Virus record (IMG/VR): IMGVR_UViG_3300008266_000037
Location: 1 to 64,000 of that record
Length of the DNA stretch: 64,000 bases
Source: a virus
Direction: 5' to 3' (one strand)
This document shows, piece after piece, positions 24,739 through 35,500 of this stretch. The notes beneath the pieces are model-generated. The model was not told where the DNA came from and made no database searches. It saw only the letters and a program-made list of their open reading frames with translations. How positions within the stretch are numbered: position 1 is the first letter of the stretch; each line of letters begins with the position of its first letter. A program made the position numbers and the translations under genes.

Positions 24739-25507
24739 AAAAATCCATACAGCTCTGGTGGCCGCCGCCAAAGAGATCCCCCATCTTCGCAAGGGAGAGC
24801 AAAACGCCCACGGCAACTATGCGTACGTCCCGATTGATGGGTTTTACGAACAGGTTGCTCCGATCGTTCTGAAGCACGGGCTCACATGGAGAGTGAGGGA
24901 GGTGTCGTGCGAGACCTTTGAGGTGCAAGGGCGCTCCCGAATGGAGACCGCCGTCAGGACCACCTACGAGGTAGATGTAATGCACGAGGAGGGAGATATC
25001 ATCTCCTCCTTCTTCAGGGCCACGATCACCCACCCCCTGCAAGGGGCACAGACCGCTGGTTCCAGTATGTCCTATCTGGACAAGCTGTTTCTTCGCACCA
25101 CCTTCCACGTCGTCACGGGAGAGAAGGATGCCGACGCAACCGACAATGCCGTTTTCGACGCTGGACCAGCTAATGCTGGAGGTGGGCAGGGACGGGGCAA
25201 GGGTGCGGCAAAGCCGAAAGGCCAAGGCGCTGAACCGGATGCGTTCGACCTTGGGGGAACAGCACACCCATCCCCAGCTTCAGTACGCCCTGCTGACACA
25301 GGAGCCTTTGCGGCAGACGCCAAGGCCTTCACGGAACTGTCCGTTGCCTTCATCGGCTCCGCCTCCACCGAGGAAGAGCTGACCAAATACTGGACGGACA
25401 ACGAGAGCACGTTCAACCAGCTTAAGACAGCAGACCCAGAGGGTTACAAATCCCTGATCGCTGGCTTTAAGACCCGCAAGACCCAGCTGAAAGGAGCTGA
25501 TGCGTGA
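24731..25507 (+). CDS. erf: ERF-family single-strand annealing protein
   Basis: NAHGNYAYVPIDGFYEQVAPIVLKHGL and MSYLDKLFLRTTFHVVTGEKDADATDN resemble P22 Erf core blocks. Confidence 0.65.
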   Translation: MSKKIHTALVAAAKEIPHLRKGEQNAHGNYAYVPIDGFYEQVAPIVLKHGLTWRVREVSCETFEVQGRSRMETAVRTTYEVDVMHEEGDIISSFFRATITHPLQGAQTAGSSMSYLDKLFLRTTFHVVTGEKDADATDNAVFDAGPANAGGGQGRGKGAAKPKGQGAEPDAFDLGGTAHPSPASVRPADTGAFAADAKAFTELSVAFIGSASTEEELTKYWTDNESTFNQLKTADPEGYKSLIAGFKTRKTQLKGADA

Positions 25508-25824
25508 CGACCTTCGACAATACCAACAAGGGTGTTCTGTTCACCAACGACAGGAAGACAGCGCCCAACCAACCGGACTTCACCGGCAACGTGGTGCTCA
25601 GCAGGGAACTGATCCTGTACGTCACCAAGGAAATCGCTGAAGGACGTGAGCCCAAGATTGCGGTCAAGGGCTGGCGTAAGACCTCCGGCGCTGGGAAGAC
25701 CTTTGTCAGCCTGTCTGTCGAGGAGCCTTGGGACCCCAACAAGGCACAGACCCCGAGACCGAGAGCCCAAGTCCAAGCCGCACCACCACCGGCCTACGAC
25801 GTTAACGACGATATTCCATTTTAA
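25504..25824 (+). CDS. putative short ssDNA-binding protein with SSB-like C-terminal DDIPF tip
   Basis: 106 aa ending ...PPPAYDVNDDIPF. Sits immediately after erf. GTG start. Confidence 0.5.
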   Translation: MTTFDNTNKGVLFTNDRKTAPNQPDFTGNVVLSRELILYVTKEIAEGREPKIAVKGWRKTSGAGKTFVSLSVEEPWDPNKAQTPRPRAQVQAAPPPAYDVNDDIPF

Positions 25825-25844
25825 GGAAATCCGAGGAGAGAGAC

Positions 25845-26720
25845 ATGAGCGTGCAACGTGTGAGAGACAACACCGCCTACCGGCCGCAGCGTGAAAAGCG
25901 GCGTGGTAAGTCCGGCAACTACCACCGGGTCCACGAAGAAATCCTGAAGCGCGCCAACAAGGACGGCGTGTTTCAGACTACCGAAACCATGAAGGCTATC
26001 CGTGAGGATCTGGGTCTTCCGCATTCCTCTGTGTCGTCAACCACCTTCCAGTGGTCCGACCCCACTGGGCTGCGCGGTTTCCGCCGGGTTCGACTTCTGT
26101 CGCCCCGGTTCTCCAAAAGCGACCCTGCCGAAATGGTGGACAGCCCCGCCGAAAGCCCTCAGGTCAAGGTGAAGCCTGTCGGCAGCTTCCCACCCCCCAT
26201 CCACCCGAACAAGAATGGGCCGTTCTATATGGCTGTCGGACAAAAGCCGAGAGGCCTCAGCCGCTCTGAACAGATCGTTGAGCAAGTCATTCTTATGGCG
26301 CCCAAGATCTCTGACAGTCGTGGTCGCTGGCCTCTTCGCACTATGGTCGAGAAGCTCGCCGACCTTGGCTTCAGTGCTGTCAGCATCTACCGGGCGGTGA
26401 AGAGCGAAGTCATTGCCGGTCGCATCAAGCGTCACGGCCTGACCCGCTGGCTCGTGGAGCAAGCACCGGCTCCTGTGCGGATCGACCCCCTTGTTACGCC
26501 CAACAGCTTCAAGGGTCCGAAGACGCAGACCATGATCGACGAAGAGCGCGCGGTCATTAAGCCTGAAGGTATTCCGACCGGTGAGAAGGCGGCGGCTCTG
26601 GATGGGCTGATCACTCAGCTGATCCAGAAGAAGCTGGAGCAACCCGAAACCCTTTCTCTGATCGACGGCTTCGTTAAAGCCCGGATGGAGGAAGTTATTC
26701 GTCGGCAGCTGGGCCTGTAA
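25845..26720 (+). CDS. hypothetical protein with two wHTH-like segments (possible replication/regulatory protein)
   Basis: 291-aa ORF with GAGGAG RBS. Confidence 0.5.
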   Translation: MSVQRVRDNTAYRPQREKRRGKSGNYHRVHEEILKRANKDGVFQTTETMKAIREDLGLPHSSVSSTTFQWSDPTGLRGFRRVRLLSPRFSKSDPAEMVDSPAESPQVKVKPVGSFPPPIHPNKNGPFYMAVGQKPRGLSRSEQIVEQVILMAPKISDSRGRWPLRTMVEKLADLGFSAVSIYRAVKSEVIAGRIKRHGLTRWLVEQAPAPVRIDPLVTPNSFKGPKTQTMIDEERAVIKPEGIPTGEKAAALDGLITQLIQKKLEQPETLSLIDGFVKARMEEVIRRQLGL

Positions 26721-26724
26721 CCTG

Positions 26725-27150
26725 ATGGCGGATTTGCCTAGCAAACACGCCGTTCACTTCGAGGCGGTGAAGATCGCCATGAACCAGACCAAGGATGGGT
26801 GGAAGCTCATCCTTGCGGTTCACCCTAACGATGCACCCGAGGAAGTTCTTCGGGCGCTCGTTGGGGCGAGGTACATGATCGCCGCCGTTGAGTTGGATGA
26901 GCATGAGCAGCCGAAGCCCCTGTTGAGCGATGCCGAGAAGGATGTTCGGTATGCTGGTCAGCTGTGCCGCACACCCGCCTTTGCCACTTGGATGTGGAGC
27001 AGGGGCTGGGCTCAGGAGATGACAGAGGCGTCTGCTGCCGATGGCCTTAGGCTAGTGCTGGGGATCGCTTCTCGATCAGAGATCGCCACCAATGAAGATG
27101 TAAGAAGGAGATTCCGTGAGCTTGCCCAATCCTACTTGGACGATAGCTGA
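26725..27150 (+). CDS. hypothetical protein overlapping integrase start
   Basis: 141 aa. 35-nt overlap with int, in the position an xis-like gene would occupy. No clear HTH. Confidence 0.45.
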   Translation: MADLPSKHAVHFEAVKIAMNQTKDGWKLILAVHPNDAPEEVLRALVGARYMIAAVELDEHEQPKPLLSDAEKDVRYAGQLCRTPAFATWMWSRGWAQEMTEASAADGLRLVLGIASRSEIATNEDVRRRFRELAQSYLDDS

Positions 27151-27952
27151 CCTGATCAGCTCATACCGGGGCAGTCGGCACAACCGGCTTCTTGCTCCGG
27201 CCACCCGAAGAAATACCGAGAAGACCTACCGATGGCTGGAACCGTTCAAGGACCGGCTTCTGGACACCATCACCAAGGCTGAGATAAGCACGGTTATCGA
27301 CGGCCTGCCTGCTGGCAACGCTCACATCTTTCTGTCCCGCGTTCGCGCTTTGTTCAGCTACGCTCGCTCGCTGGAAGAGATGACCAAGGACCCCTGTGTA
27401 GGCCTCACCACGCCTGCTACTGGTGAGTACCGACCTTGGACCCAGAAGGAAGTAGACGCCTTCCTGAAGGGCTCCAGCGACACTGTGGGCATGGCTGTGA
27501 AGCTGGCCTATTACACCGGCCAGCGGATGAGTGATGTCCTGACCATGAAGTGGAACGACATCCGGGACGGCGGTCTGGATGTTGTGCAGATGAAGACGAA
27601 GCAGCCGCTTCACATTCCCCTGCACCCTAAGCTGAAGGCCGCCCTGAAGAAGCACTCTCAGGGCAGCAAGTCCGATTACATCATTGCCATGAAAGACGGC
27701 AGGCCCTACACCCCGCATGAGTTTCGTGGTCGTTTTCGGGACACCCGCATCGCTCTTGGTTTGCCCGACGATATGGTGTTCCATGGGCTTCGCAAACTGA
27801 CGGCGGTCAACCTCGCCGAGAAGGGCGCCTCTACGCAGGAGATCATGGCTGTTGGTGGGTGGAAGTCCTCTCGCCAAGTGGACCACTACTGCAAGGGGTC
27901 TAATCAACGTAAGCTGGCCAAGCAGGCCATTGGAAGACTGGGAGCCCTGTGA
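27116..27952 (+). CDS. int: tyrosine integrase/recombinase
   Basis: R in YYTGQRMSDV. HxxR in FHGLRK. Catalytic Y in VDHYCK. GTG start after AAGGAG. Confidence 0.8.
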   Translation: MSLPNPTWTIADLISSYRGSRHNRLLAPATRRNTEKTYRWLEPFKDRLLDTITKAEISTVIDGLPAGNAHIFLSRVRALFSYARSLEEMTKDPCVGLTTPATGEYRPWTQKEVDAFLKGSSDTVGMAVKLAYYTGQRMSDVLTMKWNDIRDGGLDVVQMKTKQPLHIPLHPKLKAALKKHSQGSKSDYIIAMKDGRPYTPHEFRGRFRDTRIALGLPDDMVFHGLRKLTAVNLAEKGASTQEIMAVGGWKSSRQVDHYCKGSNQRKLAKQAIGRLGAL

Positions 27953-28140
27953 CTGATACCAGATACAACAAGGAGCTGGCAGAACGCCTGTGCGCCGCCG
28001 TGTTGGCGTTTGAGGGTGTGCTGCCCTTCATCAAATCAACTCTTGGTGAACACCATCCAAGGGTATTGACGGCCACCGAAGCTATGGCTACGCTCCGTCA
28101 AGAACTTGAGGCGCAGGGCTACTTCCCTCGCCTCCAATAA
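27949..28140 (+). CDS. hypothetical protein
   Basis: 63-aa ORF coupled to int. Confidence 0.4.
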   Translation: MTDTRYNKELAERLCAAVLAFEGVLPFIKSTLGEHHPRVLTATEAMATLRQELEAQGYFPRLQ

Positions 28141-28526
28141 ATGCGGCCCGTGTGACCTTTAAGGGCGGCCCAGACGGACGGGGCCCTACATCAAGACCCA
28201 CCTGCGCTCGCGTATGTATGAGCGTCAACACCAGTACACGGTTCCCGCTACATTGACGGGCTGGTGAAGGGGGTAAGTCCAGACTATTTAACTTCCTGCC
28301 CGCGAGAGAAAGGAAGGGGTAGGTGAAAGCCTATTCCGTCGAGGCACCACGATTGCGTGTTGCAGCCAAGACAACCCACTTGTCGGGTATATCAACCAGA
28401 CCCAGCCTCTTTGGGATGCACCCTGTGGCGGTCGAACCTATATGTCCAAACAGCAAAGCACAGTCGCGGCGCTCTATGGAATATCAGAAGTAGGCCCATA
28501 CCAGGCGCATCTTTCCGCCAGCACCA

Positions 28527-28549
28527 GATCTGAGAAATCTGGTGTGCGT
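28527..28549. repeat. inverted repeat caccagat-ctgagaa-atctggtg
   Basis: 8-bp perfect arms in the 485-bp int-distal non-coding region. Confidence 0.35.
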
Positions 28550-28626
28550 GTGAACCCCTATCAGTAGGATCAGTGACCTGAAAGCTGGAGAACGTGGACA
28601 AGGGGCAGGAACCTTAGGAGAGAGAA

Positions 28627-28824
28627 ATGATCTTCCGCGCCCGCGTGGTGCTTCAGCACCAAGACTACCCCGACAACAGATACATCACGACTGAGGATGA
28701 GATTGTGGAGGCAGACAGCGAAGATGAGGCGGAAGCCAAGATCATCAAGGCCCTCACTGTTGACGACCCTTATGGCCACGACGTTTACGTGGCGAGCGTG
28801 ACGCTGAAGAAGATGATTGTTTAA
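28627..28824 (+). CDS. hypothetical acidic small protein
   Basis: 65-aa ORF with GGAGAGAGAAATG RBS. Confidence 0.45.
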   Translation: MIFRARVVLQHQDYPDNRYITTEDEIVEADSEDEAEAKIIKALTVDDPYGHDVYVASVTLKKMIV

Positions 28825-29135
28825 TGCCTGTGATTGACGACGATCTCGCCAAGATCATCCGCCCTATCGTGGAAGGGCAGATCAGGTCTTTCATTCATTC
28901 ACACCCCAACATCGTAAAGGGGGTTGACTGGCGCTTCAGTCAGGATACACGAGAAGAAGCATTGGTCGCGTCCATCGCCAAGCGCGTGAACCGTGACCTT
29001 TTGTCGGAGCAAACAAGGCTCCGGCTGGCGGCTGTTCTGGGAACCAACGCACCCAGCAGCCAAACTGGGGTGGATCCTGAACTTGCCCCAGAGACTGTTG
29101 ATCTGCAACCCGGCGGTGGGTCTTCAGCTGAGTAG
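28824..29135 (+). CDS. hypothetical protein
   Basis: 103-aa ORF. Confidence 0.45.
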   Translation: MPVIDDDLAKIIRPIVEGQIRSFIHSHPNIVKGVDWRFSQDTREEALVASIAKRVNRDLLSEQTRLRLAAVLGTNAPSSQTGVDPELAPETVDLQPGGGSSAE

Positions 29136-29200
29136 GAATGTCTGGATGAAGACTGGACAGACCATGGACCGGGGTGGAACGCTTACTGCCCCGGTCTTCT

Positions 29201-29277
29201 GCGCCCTTAGCTCAACTGGATAGAGCACCAGCCTTCTAAGCTGGGGGTTTCAGGTTCAAACCCTGAAGGGCGCGCCA
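29201..29277 (+). tRNA. tRNA-Arg (anticodon TCT), CCA encoded
   Basis: Manual cloverleaf. Acceptor GCGCCCT/AGGGCGC. D-arm GCTC-AACTGGATA-GAGC. Anticodon arm CCAGC-CTTCTAA-GCTGG. T-arm TCAGG-TTCAAAC-CCTGA. Discriminator G + CCA. Confidence 0.85.
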
Positions 29278-29279
29278 AT

Positions 29280-29355
29280 GTGCCGGGTGGTCCAACTGGT
29301 AGGGGCGCCCCGTACGCGGAGGAGGTGGGGGTTCAAGTCCCTCTCCGGCACACCA
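29280..29355 (+). other. tRNA-like element (canonical acceptor, D-loop, T-arm and CCA; anticodon arm does not fold canonically)
   Basis: Acceptor GTGCCGG pairs with CCGGCAC, then A + CCA. D-loop AACTGGTA. T-loop GGTTCAAGTCC. Possible pseudo-tRNA or attP core, 2 nt after the tRNA-Arg. Confidence 0.45.
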
Positions 29356-29368
29356 ATCCACGGAAGCT

Positions 29369-29584
29369 ATGCGAAAGAACTCTGCCCTCCCTAGGCTGAT
29401 TGCCCGCCTCCAAGAAGGCCCTCTAAAGGGAACCGACTGGAGACAATGCTCTCACAGTCAGCACACCCTGTATGAGAACATCCGCAGGCTTCGGTCTATG
29501 GGGTGGGACATACGGACGATAGGGGATTCCGGTAGGCCCGGAGAGTATATCCTTATAGCCCCGCCTGACGTTCCAGTTCCCTGA
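29369..29584 (+). CDS. hypothetical small protein (possible DNA-binding)
   Basis: 71-aa ORF ending convergently against the giant gene. Confidence 0.35.
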   Translation: MRKNSALPRLIARLQEGPLKGTDWRQCSHSQHTLYENIRRLRSMGWDIRTIGDSGRPGEYILIAPPDVPVP

Positions 29585-32500
29585 TTTGCTGGATGGTGAG
29601 GTTCATGAGAACCTGCTCTTCGTCACGCAGCTGCTTAACGATGGCCACCTTAGAGGCGTCGTCCATCTGAGGGTCCGTTTGGACCTCTCTAATCTCTCGC
29701 CTCGTCTTGATGCGTTCGCGCTCCATGTCAGCCGCGAAGTCGTAGATCATCATCCGCTCGGGACTGCGGGCCAGCAGACTGTTCACCGCCTCGTAGTTGC
29801 CTTCACTCTCGAACTGATCGACAGACCTACCGAACTGAAGGTAGGGCGTGATCAGCTTGTCGTAAGAGGTGCGGATAGATGCGCCACTGACATTGCCGCC
29901 AAACGACCTGTAGAGCGGCCAGTCTCTTGCGGCCAGCTCTCTTCCCTCAACGGCCTTGCTTTGCGGATCAATGGCAAAACCCATCAGGTTCCCGACCCTT
30001 CCAACAAACCGGCCCATGCCGCCAAGGTATGCCCCGGCCATGTGGTCAATGTCGTCGGGGTGAACCTCAATAGCGCCGGGGGTGTAGGCACTATCCCCGC
30101 CAGTGAGGCGAGAAGCCACGTCAGCAATGCCTTGGCTGGTCTGAGATGTTGACGGGAAGAACGACTGAGAGGCTGGCTGCTCAAGGCCCGGCATACCGGT
30201 CGGGTGAATGGGCTTGCCAGTGAAGTCAGTATTTACAGCTGTTTCGACCATAGGTCTGAACACAGACGGGAAGATGGCAGACACCCAACTTCCGTTGGTG
30301 CCGAAGGGGTTGAACGCCGACAGGACGGAGGAGCCCGTTTTCATAGCAGCATCCAACGGACCGCTCTTGCCCATCGCTACGCGCGCCATGTTCCGGCCAG
30401 CGGTATGGAAGACATTGTACCCAAGCGGCATGGGGATCTTCAGATAGTTCCCGCCTCCCAGCATGATGACCATGTTCTTCTCAAGGATGTAATCCTCGAT
30501 CTTATCGTACTCGCTGGTGCCGTATTCATCCTCTGGCGAGAGAGCCGACATAAGCACCTCTTGCAGAACGCCAGCGACCATGATTCCCATGATCACCTTT
30601 TGTACGCGAGGACTGGTCGCCGCCTGCATGAGAGTGGCGGTGCCTTGGGTGGCAGCGTTGAAGAACATATAGGCCGCGTTCATGTACGGCCCCCACTCCC
30701 CCTTGCGGTTGAAGTTGACAGTCATGTCCTTAGCCGCCTGAGCCGCGCGCTCCTCGCTCCAGCCCTGCTCCCTGAAAGCCTCAAACACGGCTAGACGGGT
30801 AGCCCCCTCAACGGAATCGTTGAGGTCTTCCAGATACTTAAAGCCCTTGCCTATTGCCTTCATGGATAGCCGGAGAGCCTTGGCCCCGGCGTTCTTGTCC
30901 TGCGGGTCAATGTCGTTCAGCTCTCTGGTGATCTGCTGCATCTGGTCCTCAATGGAGGTGAGACCATACACACCAGTCAGGCCACCAAGCTCAGACAGCC
31001 TGTCCATTTTTGCCTCAAGGACCGGGTCTTTCTTGCCCAGCCTCTCGCCTACCGCTTGACCGGCATAGACCATAGCCTTCTTGCTGATCTTCTGCCACGC
31101 ATCCGGGCTGTACTGACCAGACTGGATCATGGCCGCCTGCACGTCACGCAGGAAGTTGGCGACAAGGAACTCAGGGTTATATGATGTCTGCAACTGAGAC
31201 ATCAGGCGGGTCAGCCTCGCCATGCGGGACAAGATCAGGTCAGGGAGTGAACCCCCAAAGGACTGAATCTTCGACAGGCTGTCGCCCAGCCTCTTGTTCT
31301 TGACCTCAAAGATAACGTCCTTGCCGTTTTCTTTTGTGACGAAGTAGTTGGGGTCTCCCTTTACGTCCTTCGGACTCATCCGGGTCTTACCGTTCACGAC
31401 CACGCGCTGCATGGGGTGAGCGGGAAGTTCAACCAGATAGTCTTTGGTGAGTTCAGGGTTGTCACGGACGAACCGCGCGAGAGACTGACCGACCCTGACC
31501 TTCTCGCTTCTAACGATAGCCTCTTGGTTCTGCATGATCACGTTGGCCAGCATGTCGCCAGCGTAGGTTTGGCGACCCTTCATCGCCCGGTCTTCTTTTC
31601 CTCCGACCTTGTATGCCTTGCCGGTTCTGGCGTGCTCATCTCCAGTGAACCAGTCCTCTGCCGTGTTGCCGACAGCAAACCCTCTCAGTGGCACATAGTG
31701 TTTGAAGCGGGGCACAAGGGGAGACACGATGTCATCCCACTTAGGCGACAGGCCGGAGGTCTCTCTGGTCTTCCTTGTGTAATCCAGAATAGCATCGACC
31801 TTACTGGCAGCTGCCTCGACCTTGCTTTGCTTAGAGTAGCCGTCGAACCAGTCCATGATGGCTGCGGCTTCCTCGTTGGTCATGCCAGAGCCTGCGTCCA
31901 GCATCTCGTCGGTGATCTCTCCTGTGTCAGGGTCAATCTCCTTGGCCTTCCGCACTTCCTCAATGAACTTATTTCTCTCGGGCGCATGGCGGGCGTAGAG
32001 GTACAGGTTTAGAACGGCCTCCGACGGGTGGACGTGGGAGCTTTCCAGCTCTAGTCTGGCGGCGTTTGAAACACTGGACAGCTTTGCAAGGTCAGCCTCG
32101 GTCGCGCCAATCTGGTGGATAGCAAGGTAAGCCGGGCGCCACAGGTTCTCGTGTGCCTTGTCCATCTTATGCTGAGAGCGGCGGGTATAGAGGGTGTCGG
32201 CCAGAACGGGGTCGTTGGTGTCAGTCACCCGACCGCCAAACTTCGCCACCTCGGAAACCATCCTACGAACCGGGAACATCCGGTCTTGCGCCAGCGTCGT
32301 GGCCCTGTCGATAGCATCCCTAGCGTCAGCCTCAGCAACCTTGATCGGGCTGACCCTTGTTCCTTTGGCAAGATAGTCCTGCACAATGGTGTAGCGCGCT
32401 GCCATTTCCGCAGCACCAGACCCACCCATAGCCGCTACCTCAGGGCTTGGGCCTCCGATGGTCTTGCCTGTGGTGGACATTGCCGCATCGAGGGCGTCAA

Positions 32501-35500
32501 GGTCAGCCTCAGTCATCCCGCGAGGAAGGGTCGCTCCCTTGGAGTACAGGCGGAAGCCCTCTCCGTTAACGACCTCCCGCATCTTGGGAGTGATGTGGAA
32601 GGTAGGGGCGTCAAGGGTTCTGGCAGGCATTACCCCGCCTGTAATCGGGTGGTCGCCTTCTGGAATGTCAAACTGTCGATTGTTAATCTGCGCCCCGTAA
32701 GGCTTGATCTCCTTGCCGATTATGGATGTAATCACATCGTCGTAGAACTTGCCGACACCCTTTACAGACTGGTCATTACTGTACCGTTCCACTTGAATGT
32801 GTCCCGGCGTCCAGCTGATCTGGGTAATGCCGTTGTCAATAGCATCCAGAATGATGCGTCTGGTGGCCAGCTTAACCCATGCGTTATTCTTGAAGGGAGC
32901 TTCCGGAGGGGTGTCATACACTTCAAGAAGCTGAATCTTGTCGTATTCCTCTTGGGCTTTACGAAGAGAGAAGCGAATCGCCTCAGCAGCCTCGTGCGTC
33001 TGTCTATCTGGCCAGTACTTATAGTTTGAGGCGCGCGTGAATCTGGACAAGACATTGTGTTCGCCGGTCCGACTAAAGTCTGGGGGCTCGGCCATGTTAT
33101 TTTCGTAGAACTCAATGGCCTTTTCCTTTTCAGCCTGCAAGATCCTTTTAGCCTCAGCGACTTTTACCTCAACAATGTGCGAGCGGCGCAGGCGCTGGTG
33201 CCAGTCAGACTGGATTTCTTCAATGAACAGGGTTGGAACGCCGTTAACGTCATCCCTGATCTTGTAGCGAACGTGAGCCAGCACGTTGTACTCTCTGAAG
33301 TGCTCAGTGGCCCTGAAAGCCACTGGACTCAGCTTCGGGTTTATTGAACCCGGAATAGTGATCAGTAGTTCTGTCTCGGTGTGTCCTCCACGAAGTGTGT
33401 AGTTGCTGTGGTTGGCAACCAACCCGTCGTCTACCGTGTAATCGTTATACGTGTCCCACTCAGCAGCCGATGTCATCTTTTTGGCGACGTAACCTTCAGC
33501 CTGCTCTCGGTCCATTTGGCGACCGTCCATGTCCAGCTCATCCATAAGCTCTTGAACCATGGCGTCGAACATCTCCTTGTCGACAGGGTCTTCGATAGAC
33601 CCCGGACCCCTCTTGATGTCCTCCAAAACAATGTTGTTTTCCTCAAAGAACTCCTTCAACTCCTCAAGGGTCATGACCTTGTCAGGGTTTTCCTTAAGCA
33701 GGTCAGTAAACCCAACCCAATCCATCTCGTCCTTGGTCACGCCCGGCTGTGACTCAAGGGTCTTCAGCCATTGCTGAGCGGTGGCCTTCTTGGTGGTCTG
33801 GGCGTTGATGACCTGACCAAGGCGGGAATGAATACGGGCTCCAGCGTAAGAGAAGCGTCGGTCAGAAATGCGGGGGATGTTGTCCGGACGAATGCCAAAC
33901 GGGTCCACAAAAGACGCCATCTCCAGCATCTCATCGGCCATGTCATTGAGACCAGCCGCCCTGTTCTTCTCGGCCAGAGCCTGAAGGTTTTCGATGGTCT
34001 CCAACGGGGTAAAGCCGTTGCGGGAGTTGTAGTGAGACACGCCAGAAGCGGCAGCCTTCTTGGCAGCGATCTGAGCAAGAAGAGCGTTCTTCTCGTCCAA
34101 AGTCATCGAGATACCAAGGTTCTCGTTCACATCTACCGTGCGCCAAGGGGCATTACGTAGGCGCTCGGCTGGCGTCATGTTAATGCGCGACTCTGTGTTA
34201 CGCGCCTCCATCTCTCCATAGAGAGATTTGTAGACCGCAAAGTTTGTCGCCCGCTTGTATATGTCCGACATGTTGGAGGGGGGAACACCCATGACACTCA
34301 AGGCGCCCATAAGGTGCTCAACACTCTTGATCTGCGATGGGGTGTAGGTGGACCGTTCAGAGCCTACAGCCTTAAAGAAGCCGTCAATGTCCTGATTTTT
34401 TGATAGGGTTACCAGCTCCTTATTGACGGACTCAAACCGACGCCTGACCGCCTCACTCACCGTGGCAAGAGAAGGCATCCTGTTGGGGTTTCCGCCCCCG
34501 GCCATTCCCTCAAATGTCTGGATAGCGTGCTGGATTTCATGCAGCAGGACGGCTCTTATGGTTTCAGCCTCTTGAATGAGAGGCACGCCCCCCTTCCCGA
34601 CGGCAATCAAAATCCTATCAGGCGGCTCTCCGGTGCGAACTGGCGTCATGGCCGCGTTGCCCACAGTGAAGGAGCTGCCATCGTTTGTCTCGTCGGCAAA
34701 CTCAACCGTAACGTTTCTTAGGAAGGGGTAGGCCTCAAACAGCTCAGGATGATCCAGCACCTCTTCAATGGTGGAGTATATGGACGGACTCAGAACGCCT
34801 TGTTTCTGGCGGATGACAGCAAGGTCGCCGCGCAGATCAGAAGCGTTTGCAACAGGCTTAAGTCTGGAGTCATTGTCGCTGATCTCATAGCGAGGTTTCC
34901 CGTCAGGACCACGGAACCAACCGGTGTGCAGATAGATGGTGCCGCGAGAGTCGCCAGCCTTCTCCATCTTGAGGAACTTGGCGTAGTTGTCCCGTGGTGG
35001 GCGCTGGGATTTGGTGCTGGCAAAACTGAAGCGGCGGTCGGAAGGAACGGGAGGTTCCGCAAAGGGAAGCATGACCTCTTCACGGGCGGCAATCTTAAGG
35101 TTAGAGCCGGGAACGTTGTAAGGCTCCCTTCTTCTCACATTCCTGCTATCGAGAGTTCTTCTCCCTTCAGTGCTAAGCGCCTCCGCTTCGGCTTGCTGAG
35201 CATCAGCGGGCCAACCCTCCATCTGTCTGACGGCAAGCTGCGTCTGCCTGAGAATGGCCGAAACAACCATCTCTTCTTCCGGTCGGCTGTCGGCTCTTTT
35301 GGAAACGCCAATAACAATCCTGTCTGGGAGGGTTTGTCCGTCCCCGGAAACCATAAGAGAGCCGTCAGGCTTTTTAAGCGTGAACTCTACGGGAAGTGGA
35401 GCTAGTCCCGGATAGGCCTCAAACAACTCCTTGTGCTTGAGGACATCTTCAAGAACTTCATAAGTAGAGGTGGCGTTGGGACCGGCCTTGGCAATCCTTT

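Noticed and set aside
27116-29360. Prophage-host junction inside the window
   Set aside because: Integrase and tRNA lie mid-window with phage genes on both sides, and the late operon runs up to the tRNA region. This is an attP-containing phage genome arrangement, not an attL/attR boundary.
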